Assembly: GCF_009834535.1 (NCBI RefSeq)
Contig: NC_045696.1
Location: 73,472,001 to 73,536,000 of the forward strand
DNA: 64,000 bases
Reading direction: 5' to 3'
Source: Camelus ferus
Taxonomy: Eukaryota
Part shown: piece by piece, positions 14,283-29,915 of the stretch
How the letters are laid out: each line of letters opens with the position of its first letter
How positions within the stretch are numbered: position 1 is the stretch's first letter
Notes under the pieces: model-generated
Seen by the model: the letters and a program-made list of their open reading frames with translations, nothing else
What the model was told of the DNA's origin: nothing
Database searches by the model: none
Program-made: the position numbers and the translations under genes

Positions 14283-16120
14283 TACAGTAGAAATTCTCTC
14301 AAATAACCTCCCCTATTCATTTTACTAGCTTAACCAATGATCTTCAGTTCCACTGTAAAATACACCGTAGCTGATACCTAAGGCATACTTAACTGTCACA
14401 GCGAATAGATCACTCCCTGAAAAATCCAGATGCAATTGCACCTTCCACTTGCACTGTAAGCTTACCAAGAATTGGGTGAACTTGTTTCCAAACCTTTTCA
14501 TTCCAGTTGTACTTGCTATTGTGAGTCTGTAACTTTAATTGGTATTAATGTATATCTGATGAGTGAGAAAACAAAAAGATGCGGTCTGAAAAATACATTG
14601 AATTCTTTGTAATGAGAACAAGTAACTCAAAAGTAATTCCTGTTGTATTGCATGTGGGGGACACAACTGTGAAAGATGAAAAAATTATAAAAGTCTGGAA
14701 GTTTTTTGCCTTGAGATTTCTTCAGATATGAATTTAAGTTTTAGCTCCAGTTTACATAAATCAAAACTAAAAATATTACACAATATATTATGGATGTGGT
14801 TCATGTAAGAGAAATAAAAGAGAACTTAAATCAATGGATCCATACCCAAATAAAATACCTTGAACCTACATTAAAAAATTGACGAATATACTTGTACACG
14901 TTTTTAGCTAAAATAATTTTGTCCTGCAAGTATAATTTTTTATTGAAGTTTAGTTGATTTACAATGTTGTGCTAATTCCTATTGTACAGCATACGATTCA
15001 TTTATACACACATATATGTTCCTTTTTATAGTCTTTTTCATTATAGGCTATTACAAAGTATTGAATATATTTCCTTGTCCTATACAGTAGGACTTTGTTG
15101 TTTATCTGTTTTACATATAGTAGTTAGTATCTACAAATCCCAAACTCCCAGCTTAATCCCTCCCCACTCCCCTTCCCCTTTGATAATCATAAGTTTGTTT
15201 TCTACATCTGTGAGTCTGTCTCTGTTTTGTAAATAAGTTCATTTCTGTCATTTTTGTTTTTTTAGATTCCACATACAAATGATATCATACAGTATTTTTC
15301 TTTCTCTTTCTGGCTTACTTTACTTGGTATGATGATCTGTAGGTCCATCCATGTTGCTGCAAATGGCATTGTTTTGTTCTTTTTATGGCTGAGTAGTATT
15401 CCATTATATATATATATACATATAAATATATATGTATACACACACACATATACATACCACATCTTCTTTTTCTAGTCATCTGTCGATGGACATTTAGGCT
15501 GTTTCCATGTCTTGGCTATTGTAAATAGTGCTGCTATGAACATTAGATACATATATCTTTCCAAATTAGAGTTTCCTCTGGATATATGCCCAGGAGTGGG
15601 ATTGCTGGATCATATGGTAAGTCTATTTTTAGTTTTTTAAGGAATCTCCATACTGTTTTCCATAGTGGCTGCACCAAAACTACATTCCCACCAACAGTGT
15701 AGGAAGGTTCCCTTTCCTCCATATCTACTCTAGCATTTATTGTTTGTGGACTTTTTAATGATGGCCAATCTGACTGGTGTGAAGTGATACCTCATTGTAG
15801 TTTTGATTTGCATTTCTCTGATAATTAGCGATATTGAGCATTTTTTCATGTGCCTATTGGCCATTTGTATGTCTTCATTGGAGAATTGCTTGTTTAGGTC
15901 TTCTGCCTATTTTTGAATTGGGTTGTTTGCTTTTATTTGTTGAGTTGTATGAGCTGTTTGTATATTCTTGTCAGTTGCATCATTTTCAAATATTTTCTCC
16001 CATTCTGTAGGTTGTCTTTTCACATGCAAGTATAATTTTTAATAAATCTGTTCTTCAATAGACTTTTTCAATTAATCAGCTACCTAGAGATCTCATTCAC
16101 AAGTAATCAAAGCTACTGTA
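14283..16120 (+). mobile_element. Tigger/pogo-family DNA transposon fossil, interrupted by an L1
   Basis: TA-CAGTAG start (14283) and CTACTG-TA end (16120). Degenerate CENP-B-type HTH peptides (VGDTTVKD; LWMWFM*E...INGSIP) at ~14650-14880. Confidence 0.65.
14941..16024 (-). mobile_element. 5'-truncated LINE-1 (ORF2 end + 3' UTR)
   Basis: Antisense L1 3' end (TTTTATTGAAGTTTAGTTGATTTACAATG; peptide MPFAATWMDL). 16-bp TSD TGCAAGTATAATTTTT at 14925-14940 and 16025-16040. Confidence 0.95.
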
Positions 16121-16394
16121 TTTTGGTCCTGAATATGCTTATTTTCCATGAAAAATGCAAACCAAAAATAGAGGTCTGGTTTTTTTCCTTTTCTTTCAGA
16201 AGTTTCTCTTTCACAGTATCACTCCATTCATTTGATGATCAGACTTTGGCAAACTGCCATCCACCTGGTTGCTCAAACCAAAACTTGTAAATTGTCCTTC
16301 ATCCACTGTTTTTCCTCATCACTTACATCTAATCCATCAACAAATATTGTTAATTCAGCTTCTAAAATATATTATAAATCATTTCACTTCTCTT

Positions 16395-17294
16395 CACTGG
16401 ATTATAAAGGGCAAAGGGAGAATGGCTCAAAATGAAGAGGTAGGTTGTGTTGATCACGAACGGCCTTATAGGTCATGGGAAGTAGTTTGGATTTTGTTTA
16501 AAATATGATGGGAAGCTATTAGGTTACCCTAACTGTCATGTGGATACAGAATTATGAGGGGGTCCGGAAAATGGAACATAGGGAAAATAATGGGCTACAA
16601 AGAATTAATCCACAGTGGAGGCTTGTGATGAGTAGTAAATTTAGTAAAAATTAATTAAATTCAGCATATATTCTAAAGATTGAGTCAACAGAACCCACTG
16701 AACATGGGGAGTACAAATCAGAGAGAATGGTAATGCATGCAGCCTAGGTTTTTTAACCCTACATCTGGCTGAATAGAGGGGCCATTTAATGAGAATAAAG
16801 AGGGGATAGATAACAAGTTTGTTGGTGGAGGTGGAGAAGCAAAGACAGGATCACATAGAATCAAGAATTCTAACTGCTAAATCGAGGTGCCAAATAAGCA
16901 ATTGAATATATGACTGTAGTTCAAAAAAGTTGGATCTATAAATTTAGAAATCCTCAGGATATATGCAGTATATAAAGCCATACGACTAGGTGAGATCATC
17001 AAGGGTCAATTTATATTTAGAATTACATAAAAGAAAGCAAACAAAGAGTTGGCAAGGGAGACTGAGGACAACAGATGGAAATTTAGGAAAGTGTAGTGTC
17101 TAGGAATGTAAGTAAAGATAGCATTTCAAGGAGGAGAGAAATATCAAAGATGACTGAGAAAGTAAAATAAAGTCAAAAGTGACCATTCATTTGGCAAGAT
17201 AGGTGTTGGTGACCTTCAGAAAGGAGTAGTGGGAGAAAATTCTGCTTGGCATGGGTTACAAAAAGAATGGGAGGTAGGGAAAAGGAGCATCAAT
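16395..17294 (-). mobile_element. L2 LINE fossil; continues at ~19167-19270 after two insertions
   Basis: Purine-rich antisense L2-type sequence (GACTAGGTGAGATCATCAAGGG, GCATTTCAAGGAGGAGAG, GTTGGTGACCTT). Resumes as CAACTCTTAGAGAGTTTTGCTATAAAGGGGAGCAGAGAAAT. Confidence 0.7.
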
Positions 17295-17303
17295 AATAGA
17301 CAA

Positions 17304-18843
<1,540 letters not shown>

Positions 18844-18856
18844 AATAGACAACTCT

Positions 18857-19158
18857 GCATGTGGCTGTCCAGTTTTCCCAACACTATTTATTGAAGAGAC
18901 TCTCCCTCTTGTATAATCTTGGCTATAATTTAGCATTAAAATTTATATCATTTAAATTTCCTAAGAAAATAGAACTTAAATGTTCTCATTATCCTCCAAA
19001 AATGATAACTATACTAGGGGATGGATGTGTTAATTAATTAGATGATGGGAAATCCTTTCATTATGTATATGCATATCAAATCACCACAATGAACACTTTA
19101 AATATCTTACAAATTTATGTGTCAATTATACCTCAATAAGGATGAAAGTTAAAAATCA
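18857..19158. mobile_element. Short 5'-inverted L1 insertion (antisense ORF2 piece + sense L1MA-type 3' UTR)
   Basis: GCATGTGGCTGTCCAGTTTTCCCAACACTATTTATTGAAGAGACT (antisense L1), then a sense 3' end GATGGATGTGTTAATTA...GTCAATTATACCTCAATAAG. Flanking ACAACTCT at 18849-18856 and 19159-19166. Confidence 0.75.
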
Positions 19159-19789
19159 ACAACTCTTAGAGAGTTTTGCTATAAAGGGGAGCAGAGAAAT
19201 AAGGCAGTGTGTAGAGAAACACATGAAGTCAAAGAAGAAGTTTTACTTTTAAGATGGGATTATTACATGAAGCCCTTGAGTAGACATGAGCAGGTTGGCT
19301 TCTGTGTACAAGCAGAGGACCTGACCTTGGGTAGAACAAGGACGCCTTATCCCTGTCCGTAAATGGGAAGGCAGAGCACAGGAACACAAATCCAACTAGG
19401 ATGGTAGATGTGGTAGTAGAAAGGTAAGTTGTTTCTCTTTTATAAATTGTGTTAAAAGTGAGAAGAGAAGAGGGGCTATAGGAAATCTGAGGGAAGAGAA
19501 GGTGGACCAGGGACTGACAAGGTATTGCCAGGCACTATGGTGTCTACTTGATGTCTCTGACCTTGTTTTTACATAGAAACCAATCAATACATAAACATGT
19601 TTCCCTCCACTACATGCAGGGTTCGTATTTATTGTAAACATTTATTTTTATTAATTTATATATTATATATCTTCCCAACTACAGTATAAGCTTCAAAATA
19701 TTACATCCAGTGCTCTGCTCCTAAGACCTTTACCCACACTGCCTGACATGTAATTGGTATTCCATAAATATTTGCTGACTGAATAATTC

Positions 19790-20530
19790 AATATCTACAC
19801 ATACCTAAAATTTGCTTAAAACTGAACTCATTAATATCTTTAACTCTTCCATGTACACACTTGTTCCTCTACTTTTTATTCTATAATAGTTTATCCAACC
19901 AATTTCTCAATCCATAAATTTGGAAATCATCCTATATCCTCCCTCATTTCATTTCCCATGACCCATTAATCATCAAATTCAAACAATTCTACCATTGAAG
20001 TATTTCTTGTAACTATTCACTGCTCTCCACTCCTGTAGCCAGTTTCCTTGTCAGGTCACCATCACCTCACCTGGATTACTGGAAAAGCACTGTAATAGCT
20101 CCCCTAGCTTTCTTTCACTTCATTCCCCACAAGTCCATTCTCACATCTTTCAAAAAGTATAAATCTTATTATGTCCTCCACAACATTAAACCCACCACTG
20201 ATTCTTCAGTAGAGCCCTCAGGACATAATTCTCTTTTTTAATGATTTATGACACGTCTCTTAATCTGGCCTAGAACTTTAGTTGCTAAATTAAATTAATT
20301 TCAGTTCTCTAATTAGTGGTTCTCTATCAGCTCTTGGGTCTTTGCACGTGCTTTTTCCTCCACCTGAAATAGTCTCTTCACCATCAGCTCCTACTCATCC
20401 TTTCTTTCTCAACTTAGAAGTTACTTCCTCTAAGAAGTTTTCCCTATATCATGGCACTGGTTAGGTACTCCCCCTAAATGCTTCCAAAGCCCCCTGTGTA
20501 TGCTGGGGTTCTATAACCTTCCTTTAGAGC
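19790..20530 (+). mobile_element. L2 LINE fossil
   Basis: Pyrimidine-rich L2 ORF2 remnant (AAAACTGAACTCATT, CACCATCACCTCACCTGGATTACTG, TTTGCACGTGCTTTTTCCTCCACCTGAAAT). Confidence 0.7.
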
Positions 20531-21881
20531 ATTGTTTCAGCTCAAACCCAGATAGTAACAAATATTTACAGGGTAGATAGAATCTTACGGTTCTTGTAGT
20601 GAATTTATACCTCTATTCTTCCCCCTTAGTCCCTTAGATAACAAAAAAGGGGGGGTTAAGGGGTGCCTATTTGCTAAAGAAAAAGAAACCTATTTCTACC
20701 AGGTGCCCTCCAGAGATGATAAGACAGGCAGATCTGAGCAGCTCTGTGATCGTGGGCCAATGAGATAATGATGAGGACAATCCTTTTTACTGCCTTTTCC
20801 CCCCAAATATAAGTTAGAATTTTACAAATAAATTTCTCAGAAAATCTGTGGTCTGGAAACTACTTGATATTACTTTGTTCTCCTTAGGAGTGAATCTCAA
20901 TGTATTTGTGTTTCTAATTTGTCTCAGGCTCTTTCAATAAGCATCCATTTAAAATACTTGAGTAAATATTTGGGGAAAGTGAGAAGTATAATTTTCATCT
21001 CTTCATGATTACTTTACAAGCATTACAGTAAGTCACAGGAAGTAAAAAAATATTCTAAAAAGTCAAAGTAGCATGTCTTATAGCAAAAGATCTGGTTAAT
21101 TTTAAGTGAACAAGCACAAACTAACCACTGCAATTTCTGCAGCAAACCAAATCACACACCTAGATTTAGAAGCAAAACTTTCCAGTTTTCTCATATGTGC
21201 CATTCTTTGGTTACAAGTGTTCAAGATGGAGGCAGAATGGTCCTGTGATGACTTCTCTTCAAATTCAAAAGGCACAGGCATAGAGGAGATGAATGAAAGC
21301 AAAGAGGGCCCCACAGATAAATTTAAAGCCCAAACTAAAATCACTTGGTATTTAATCCCAACTCATCTCATCCCCTATTTATTTAAATGTTACTATGATT
21401 CTAATAATTTTTAAATAGCTTATAATTTCATTTCTTACAGTATAGTCATATAAACTATATATGAAAACACATCATACAAAAGTAAGCACAACATGGAGGT
21501 CTGTCATCTTCATGGAACAAGCAGACATAGTCATTATGTCTTAATATATACTCATCAGTAGAGAGAAAACAAAATAGCTGCTCATGGAAATTAACCTGTT
21601 AAAGTCTTATAAAATATCACTCTGAGAGACTGTGTATGTGGTTGACCCTTTCATCTCTATACACTGTTAAATGCTGCATTGCCTTTGGCAGTGTTTACTC
21701 CCAACGTACTTGTTTATATTCTCCATTAAATCATTCATTGCAAATATCTGAACTCAAGAAGGGCTCTTGAGGAATCATGTACACCAAGTTTTAGAAAACT
21801 ATACTTCAAATCAGGATGACCATGAACTTACCAAGTTTTAAATATTTCCACAAAAGCACATTCCATAAAAGAGAACTGAGA

Positions 21882-22069
21882 CAGGGTTGCCAAATTTAGC
21901 ATATGAAAATGCAAGACACCGTTTAAGCTTGGATTTAAGATAAACAACAAATACTTTTTTAGAATAAATATGTCCTGTGCAATATTTGGAACATATTTGT
22001 GCTTAAAAAGTGTTCACTGTTTATCTGAAATTCAAATTTAAGTGTCCTGTATTTTATCTGGCAATCCTA
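21882..22069. mobile_element. MER53-like palindromic MITE
   Basis: TIRs CAGGGTTGCCAAATTTAGC...TATTTTATCTGGCAATCCTA, with internal inverted arms (GATAAACAAC / GTTTATCTGAAATTCAAATTTAA). Confidence 0.85.
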
Positions 22070-23004
22070 GAACTGAAACCTAGCCAAGGATAACTTCTGT
22101 CAGATGACTCCATTTCTCTGCTATAGATTGTCACATGTAAGATCATTCATCCAAGAGAAAGGGTGATCATAAGTTGACAACTGCAGGTTAATTAAGAACT
22201 AATTGTTGGTCAAGTTGTCAAAAATCAATATAACAGTCAATTCAATCAATACAGATTTTTAAAGGATTTTAAACAAATATGATTCTATAATTTTTTCTCT
22301 ACTAATCTAGAAACAAATGGTGCTCATTTCATTTTCCTTGTGAGATTATCTCCAATGGACAACATAAACTTTTGTTAAGTTAGTAATATAAAACTTGAAC
22401 TTCATGAAAGTCAATATGAAAGGTAAGGCAGTGTATTTTTAATAATAAACATTTTACTTGTGTGTTTTAAATGTAATTAAAACTGAATTTATCATCCTGC
22501 CTCCCAAATCCATTCTTCTCCAATATTTCTCTTCTCCCCAAATAATATCATGGCCCTGCCTGATGATCAAGTCATAAATATGAGTTATTATCAATTCCTT
22601 TTCACACAACCCAAATTTTTAGTTATTGAGTGTTTACTATATTTATCAATGTTACCATATTATGTATTTGCTATACCACTGTAATAAATTTTACCCTGAA
22701 TTCTCTTGTCTCTCTTGTCTGTTGCAACAACCCACGTCAGAACTATCATGACTCACTCTACAGATAAGAAACTGAAGCATAAAGAGGATAAATGGCTTGT
22801 TCAAGTTTAAACAGCTGAGCAGTCAGAGAGCTAGAACTAAAATCTAGATCTATCTTAATCACTGTTAACTCCACACATCCAGCCGGTCACCAAGTTCTAT
22901 CAATTCTACTTCCTGAATATCTTTCAAATTCTTTCTCTACACCCTATCCTCCCACCGAGTTCAGGTCCTCATTGGTCCTCTTAACTGGTCTACAATTTTG
23001 GGTT

Positions 23005-23436
23005 CTTTATTAGTTTCAGAGGGCTGCCATGAAAAACTACCACAAATTGGGTGGTTTAAACAACAGAAATTTGTTGTCTCCCAGATCTGGAGGGGAAAAG
23101 TCCAAAAGTAATATGTCAGCAGGACTGCTTCCTCCTGAAGGCTATGAAGGAACAATCGTTCCAGGCCTCTCTCCTTGACTTGTAGATGGCCATCTTCTCC
23201 CTGTGTCTCTTCATATCATCTTCCCTCTGTGCATGTCTATTTCTGGGTCCAAATTCCCCTTTTTTATAAGAACACGAGTCATATTGGATTAGGGAACCAC
23301 TTGACTTCAGTATGACCTCATCATAACTTAACTAATAACATCTGCAATGACCCTATTTCCAAACAAGGTCACCCTCTGACGCATTGGGGTTAGAAACTCA
23401 ACTTTTTTGAAGGAGGACACAGTTCCACCCATAACA
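23005..23436. mobile_element. MLT1 (ERVL-MaLR) solo LTR
   Basis: GGGCTGCCATGAAAAACTACCACAAATTGGGTGGTTTAAACAACAGAAATTT...CTGCAATGACCCTATTTCCAAACAAGGTCAC...CCCATAACA. Confidence 0.9.
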
Positions 23437-25874
23437 GATCTCTTCTATTCTGCTCTCCATTCCCATCAAAGTGCGTTTGCTAAAATTCTAATCTAATCCT
23501 GTCATTTCCTTGTTTCCATATTTTCAAGGACAAGACACAGCCTCCAGAATAAGAGGCTAAACTGGGGATGTGGAGATAAGAGAGTTATTTGTGATCCATT
23601 GTGTGCTTGCTATTCCAGCTTTAGTTCTAGCCTCTTTCCACTCTCCTTGTTTAGCCCTTGAACTTTAAAGTTCTAAACAGACAATAAACTTGACCTGTTC
23701 TCTTTTATCTCTAGACTCTTGCTGGAGCTCACTCTACCATAAACACCCTGTGCTTCTCCCTCATCTCATGCTTAGTCTCCATCCACACAAGAGAAGACCT
23801 GCTCCTTTTCCTTTCCAGGAGTTTTTACAAAACACATTTCTGATGCCTTCCTCTTGTGCCATCCACATTTCTCATGAAGGATGAATGTTCCAAGCTGATT
23901 GTTCCGAGCCATATTATGTTAAAAACGAAAAAAATTAAAGGTGTAAAACAATGATTATCATAGGCCCTCAGGTCTATAAGGCCAGCTTTGGGGTAAACGT
24001 CAAAGTTATAAATGTGATGTTCATTAGACACACCAGTGGTTTGGGTCACTGTGTTAAAGCTTAGTGCTCGTGTATCAAGTGCACTCTTGCCCATCTCTTC
24101 TCTTCCTCCATTCAGGTACAGCAGGCCCGCTCGTGCTTCCCACCCCTCTATATTAAACACAGCAGAACAGGGAGAACCCTTTATCACTCCCTTTTCTAGG
24201 TTCTCTGCTACTGGTGAAGTGAATTAGGACTTTGGTGGGGCCAGCTTCTATGACAGAATTTACCAGAAGCACTGTGTTTGGGAAGTTCTAGGTCACCTGC
24301 ATCTAATAATAAAACAAATGTTCACTTTTCTTGTGGTCACAGACCATTATATACATTATTGTTAATCTACCCAGCAATTCTGCAAAGGTGGTCCATACTA
24401 TCTCCATTTTATTCTGAGACCTTAAGTAGTTTGCTCAGATTGCACAGCACAGAACTCAAATTCAGGCCTGTTCAATTCCTCAGCCCCTCTCTTAGCCTTT
24501 CCTTCTGACTGAAATGCTCTTCCTGACAGTCTTCAACAGACTCTTCCTCAACATTCCAGATGCTCAACTATCATTTCCTTTGCAAAACTTCTTCTGGCCA
24601 GCAATACCATTATTTCCATTATCTCCATTATTTCTCCTCCTCTCCCCAACCAAGGCATAAATCATTGCTTTTGCCTCTGTTTCCACAGCACTCTGTATGG
24701 GATCTCTTTTGTAATGATAAATACATTCATTGTAATTTTCCATTTACATATCAGACTCCTCTCCCAGACTGGTAGCTCCTTCAGGTGAGTTCAGGGCCCA
24801 TTTCTTACTCATGAATGTATCCTCCAAATCTTGCTCAAGGCCTGGAACATTGAATATACTCAAGAACAAATACTGTTTGACCATGGAACTAAAATGGACA
24901 TGATGCGACTGCCTAAGACACAGCCCTAATGAGAGACACTGCCACTGGGAATGTGGAAACAATCAAAGGCCCTTCTTCCCCAGCAAAAAAGATCATAAGA
25001 CCTTCTGTGGAAATAGGCAGTGACGTTAAGACTGGAAAGACCGTCACTGTGCTTAAAAGTATACAAGGGCGGCCACTATTGAAAAGTAAAAATGACTTTT
25101 TTCAAATAAAAAAAATTTAATTCAATCCTCAAGGTATTATAAAGTTTTCTAAAACTAACATTTCCAAAAGGTTCAACAGGGATGACATTTTCCTCTTCTG
25201 TACCTAGAGTAGAGAAAAGTTCCCTGCTTTGGGCCTGTTGTTCTTACATATTTCCCCATTGACACAAAATGCTTTATTTATAAAACTATTTAATTAGCAA
25301 GACCTTTATTTTTGAGAGGAGTCTTACTCTTTTTTTTTTTAAGTAGAATATCACTCTTAAGGAGCTTTGAAATAGTGCTTTAAAAAAAAAAGGGAGTTGA
25401 TTTGCATGGCATAGAGCATGTTGTAAAACAGGCAGCGCATCATTACCACCACCCACTCAAAACCATTTTAACTATAATCTCTGTATTTGGGTAGTTCAGC
25501 TAATTAACAACCTGGTATTACTGCAAAGATGAGACTGTCATGTTATTTGAAGTGGTTTTTAACAGTCGTTAAGCACTAACTACTCAATTTATTAACAGTT
25601 TGTTCCACCTTAAGTGAAGGAAATTACATAATTATTGTGAGTCTGAAAACAAGAAGAAATATATATGTACATTTTTTCATTACTTATAAAGAATTCCAAA
25701 ATTAAAATGGTGTTTTTAAGTACAAGTAAAATTCTAGAAAATGCATATTAATAGTATGATATCATGTTATGGGTATGTAACCTTCTTCCTCACACACCTT
25801 TGTTTAACTTTTAGCTTGATGTGATCTAACAAAAATAGTGCAGGAAAGATAAAACATGCTTTGGAAGGAGAATA

Positions 25875-26105
25875 AGCAGTGGTTTAAAATGTGGACCTTG
25901 AAATCAGATTGGCTGGGTTCGAATCCTGGCTCTACCACTTACCAGTGCAAAGAACTCAGGTCTTAATCTAACCATGTTTCTCTTTACTCACCTGTAAAAT
26001 ATGGATCTTAATAATAATAGGGCTCCTCTATGGAGCTGTTGTGAGAATTAATGATTTAATACATGCAAAGCACCAGAACACTCAGCAAATACTAGCTATC
26101 ATTAA
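25875..26105 (+). mobile_element. MIR SINE
   Basis: GTGGTTTAAAATGTGGACCTTGAAATCAGA..GGGTTCGAATCCTGGCTCTACCACTTACCAG...CTGTAAAAT...GTTGTGAGAATTAA. Confidence 0.85.
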
Positions 26106-26939
26106 TTTGGTCTAGCTCTCCTTGTAATTACCTATTTTCCCCAATGTCATACTTTACAGGATGATTTCCCTACCTTTCCAAGCATTAGAAGCTCTTTTCC
26201 AACTCTAAAAATTTCTCAGACCATCACACCATGGCAACTGTATACTTTTCATCCATTACTTGAGAATGTGAAAAATCACAAAAATCTATTCTGAATTTAG
26301 TCATAATTTTATACAAATTATTGAATAGTTTTCCCTACCAAAAGGCACTCAGAGGTGGCCTTGTGTGACCTTTAAGCATGAAAGGGTTAAATGGTCTGAG
26401 TTGGGGAGAAAGGTCATCATGACAGGGATTCTCAACTTGACATTTACTATCTACTCCATCTCAAGAGGTTATTTCAACTGGTCATATTTTGATTGATTTT
26501 ATAGGGGACAGGTTGATATTATCATATTCCCAAATATGCATTCCTGAAGGCCTCAGGATATAATTTGTTCATTTATTAATTTATTTAATAAAATGTTACT
26601 AAAAGCTGACTACATATTGGGCACTATATTTAGAGCCAAGGGGATGCCTCTCCAGTGTCAGAAGTCTACTTTTTTTTCACAGGCAAGGGTGAGGAAATGA
26701 GTACCCAGGACTCAGGAAAGAAAAGAGAACAGGAAAATGAGTAAGGGTAGAAGAAAAAGGAAAACTTAGTTTTTCTGATTCTCAATTCAGTGATCACTCT
26801 AAAACTTGAGACTGTTTCATGGTTTGAACTCATCTCCCAGCAATGGGGAAGGATATTTGCCTTTGAATGCCAATTCCTAGTATAATATCTGGGATGTAGC
26901 TAGTGTTTAATTAATGTTGGGTGAATGATGTATGTATAT

Positions 26940-26992
26940 ACAGATGGATGGATGGATGAATGGATGGATAGACAGATGGATGGATGGATAGA
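26940..26992. repeat. (TGGA)n simple repeat, at the end of an L2-like tail
   Basis: GATGGATGGATGGATGAATGGATGGATAGACAGATGGATGGATGGATAG. Confidence 0.85.
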
Positions 26993-28264
26993 TTCACTTC
27001 AAAGCACAGGATTCTTGAAGTGATTAACAAGGAGTTCTCAGTTCCAATCTTTCCCAATTTTTTCTTCAGATAAAATAATTTATGCTTTAAAGCCAGTTCT
27101 CCTGGGAAATGTAGAAAGATACTTTAAATATTTTTTAGAAGATAAAAAAGGAAGATACATAGTTGAATGAAGGGAATGAATGATAAATGAACTATCACCT
27201 CAGGCATTTTCCTCAGGAGTCACGCTTACCTAGATTGACATTAAAATCTTGTAGCAAACGTACCCCCAAAAATCTGTGACTGCTTTTCTTCCTTACCAGC
27301 ATCTCCTCTACTCATTTTAAAACTATGTAAATTTGCTCTCGATTTCACCTCAGTTAGCCACCCACACCCACACCCACACCAAATCACAACGAGTTAACCT
27401 CACAGATACTCTCATCTAATTTTTGTTTTAAATAATCCTGAAAATCACATGTCCCTGTGTTCCTGGAAATGATACTGTGTGTGTGTTTGGGTGTGTGTGT
27501 GTACACCTATATATGTGTGTGTATAAATTACCAGAAATAGTTTTCTGGTAGAGAGCACTCCAAGTACCTGGAGATCTGGGACAACCTGTTCTTTTTTCCA
27601 TGAACACTTTGCTACTCTCTTTAGGACTTAAGTTTGTCTTTGTTTAGGATGCAGGGACACCAAACTGAGAAGTGACATCCACCAAGCGAATGGGGGAGGA
27701 GGAGCAGGCTTGTAGTTAGAGTGCCCCAGGAGAGATTCTAAAGGCCATTGGAACTGGGAATTATGAGTGAAGAGTCCTATCAGTCACATTCAGAAAGCCA
27801 ATGAGGAAAACTTCTAAGCAGGCGAGTGATGGGATTTGATTTACTTCTTTACAAGATCATTTTGTATGCTGTATGCAGTGGTGGTCAGAGAGCACAAAAA
27901 GCATAAGAAAGAGACTATAATATGTAACTTGGGACAAAATTGAAAGAAATTTAAGTATTTTTTCCCATTAAATTTCAACCATTATTAATCCATTATAATT
28001 TAATTTCATTTTTCCATGTTACTTTGAAGTAAAAGCCTTAAATGTCTCACATCTTGGATTCCAGCATCAAATAACCACAGACCCAGGCATGTCCACATTG
28101 TTCGTTTTTGTCCAAGTGTTTCAAGGCCTTGGAGAATCCTGACATCTAACGCCTTTAAAATTCTCCTAATAGTTATCAGAGAGAAAACATCATTTTGTTA
28201 CCTTACTCTTTTACTGAGTTTGACTCATTGTATCATCATCCTGTTTCAAAGCCTAACTACTTGC

Positions 28265-28615
28265 TCCAGACAATGTTTGTGTCCCTCAAAACTCCATTTG
28301 TTAAACTCTTAACCCTCAATGTGATGGCATTAGGAAGTAGGGCCTTTGGTGGGTGATGAGGCCCTAAGGGTAGAGCCCTCATGAATGGGATCAGTGCCTT
28401 TTAAAGAGACATCAGAGAGCTCTCTGCCACCTTCTGCCAAGTGAGGACACAGTGAGAAGATGACTGTCTATGGAACCAGGAAGCTGGGCCTCACCAGACC
28501 CCAAATCTGCTAGCACCCTGATCTTGTCCTTCCCAGCCTCCGGACCTGCGATAAATACATTTCTATTGTTTAGATTTCTATTGTTTCCACCCAGTCTATG
28601 GTATTCTGTAGAGCA
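28265..28615. mobile_element. MLT1/MST-type MaLR solo LTR
   Basis: AATGTTTGTGTCCCTCAAAACTC...CAATGTGATGGCATTAGGAAGTAGGGCCTTTGG...CCCTCACCAGAC..AAATCTGCT...CCACCCAGTCTATGGTATT. Confidence 0.9.
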
Positions 28616-29669
28616 GACACTACTCTTGGAGAGCTTTGTTGCTTCCTGTTTCTTGTCGCCCGGCAGACCGGCTGTAGCAATACCGTCTGCCCCATCCCCA
28701 ACCCTGCAAGATCCCTAGAGTGGGAATCCCACACTCTGCCCAGCACACCACCTCCCCTCAGTCCACACAGCCCCCTGTCTGCTCCAGCCCTCAGCATTTC
28801 TCTTCAATGGTGCTGCGAGGGCCTCCTGACATGTCTAATACACTCTGGAAGAGACAGCTGGATGACTGTATTCAAATACTGAGAGAAACACCTTGTTGGA
28901 CTGAAAAGAAATCACTTTCAGCAGTGAATTCTCCATTGCCAAGTGTGTCATGTCTCAACATTATGAATTACAAGAGGCCTTAAATGTTTTTAAAAATGTA
29001 AATCTACAACAAATTTTTAATGTAAAGAAAAATCATATCTTAAAAGAATATAAAATCATGTGGATTAAGTAAAATAATATATTTAAAGGGAAAGAACACA
29101 ATGTTAACTGCTGTTATTTCTGTTAGCTGGGATCATGATTTCTCTATATATACTTTCTCTATTTTACAACTTTTTTACAATGAGAATATATTACCTTAGA
29201 CACCATAGTTATCTTTCAAAAAGTAAATCTGATATTTTATATAAACTTTTAAATTAACTTTTTATGATTCTTAGTACATTGTATATTCTTGTATATTCTA
29301 TTTTTGACTGCAAATTCGGTGTGTGCACATGCATACTTGAACATAACTTTATTTCTATCATAAGCCTTAAATGATGAACTAATAGGAAAGTGAGGAAATA
29401 AAATTCATATACCCAGTGATTCCTTAAAACATATTCTTACTTCCTTAAGGCAGATTCTTAGTTTCCTTTGTAATTAGGGATAAGTTTGTCAGATACATGT
29501 ATATTCATGTATGACTGAAGCATTATGCTGTACACTAGAAACGGACACAACAAAAACAAACAAAATTGGCCTTCTACTGTATGCCTACATAAATGCCTCA
29601 TGTATGTTGCCTCATTTAAATTTTTATTTTAATATTCATAGTAACTATGTAAGAAGACATTTTCCTGTA

Positions 29670-29915
29670 GTAGCTAAGAGCCATTAAAAATCAAAAGCTT
29701 CATTGAAATTCTCAGTCTACTACCTACTAGCTACGTGGTCTCAGGCAAAGGACTTAACCTCTCAGCCTCAGTGCTTTCCTCTGTAAAGTGAAGATAAAAT
29801 AATAGTGCCTTTCCCACTGGGTTGCTGAAAGTTAAAGGAGATGTGCCTATAAAGCACCGAGTAAAGTGCCTAGCACATAGTAATCACTGGGTACATTTTT
29901 GCTCTTATGTGCTAT
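29670..29915 (+). mobile_element. MIR SINE
   Basis: CCTACTAGCTACGTGGTCTCAGGCAAAGGACTTAACCTCTCAGCCTCAG...CTGTAAAGTG...GTGCCTAGCACATAGTAA. Confidence 0.8.

Noticed and set aside
21102..21414. Overlapping 102-aa and 80-aa ORFs as a coding exon
   Set aside because: No recognisable protein similarity and only a weak donor; cannot be supported without conservation data.
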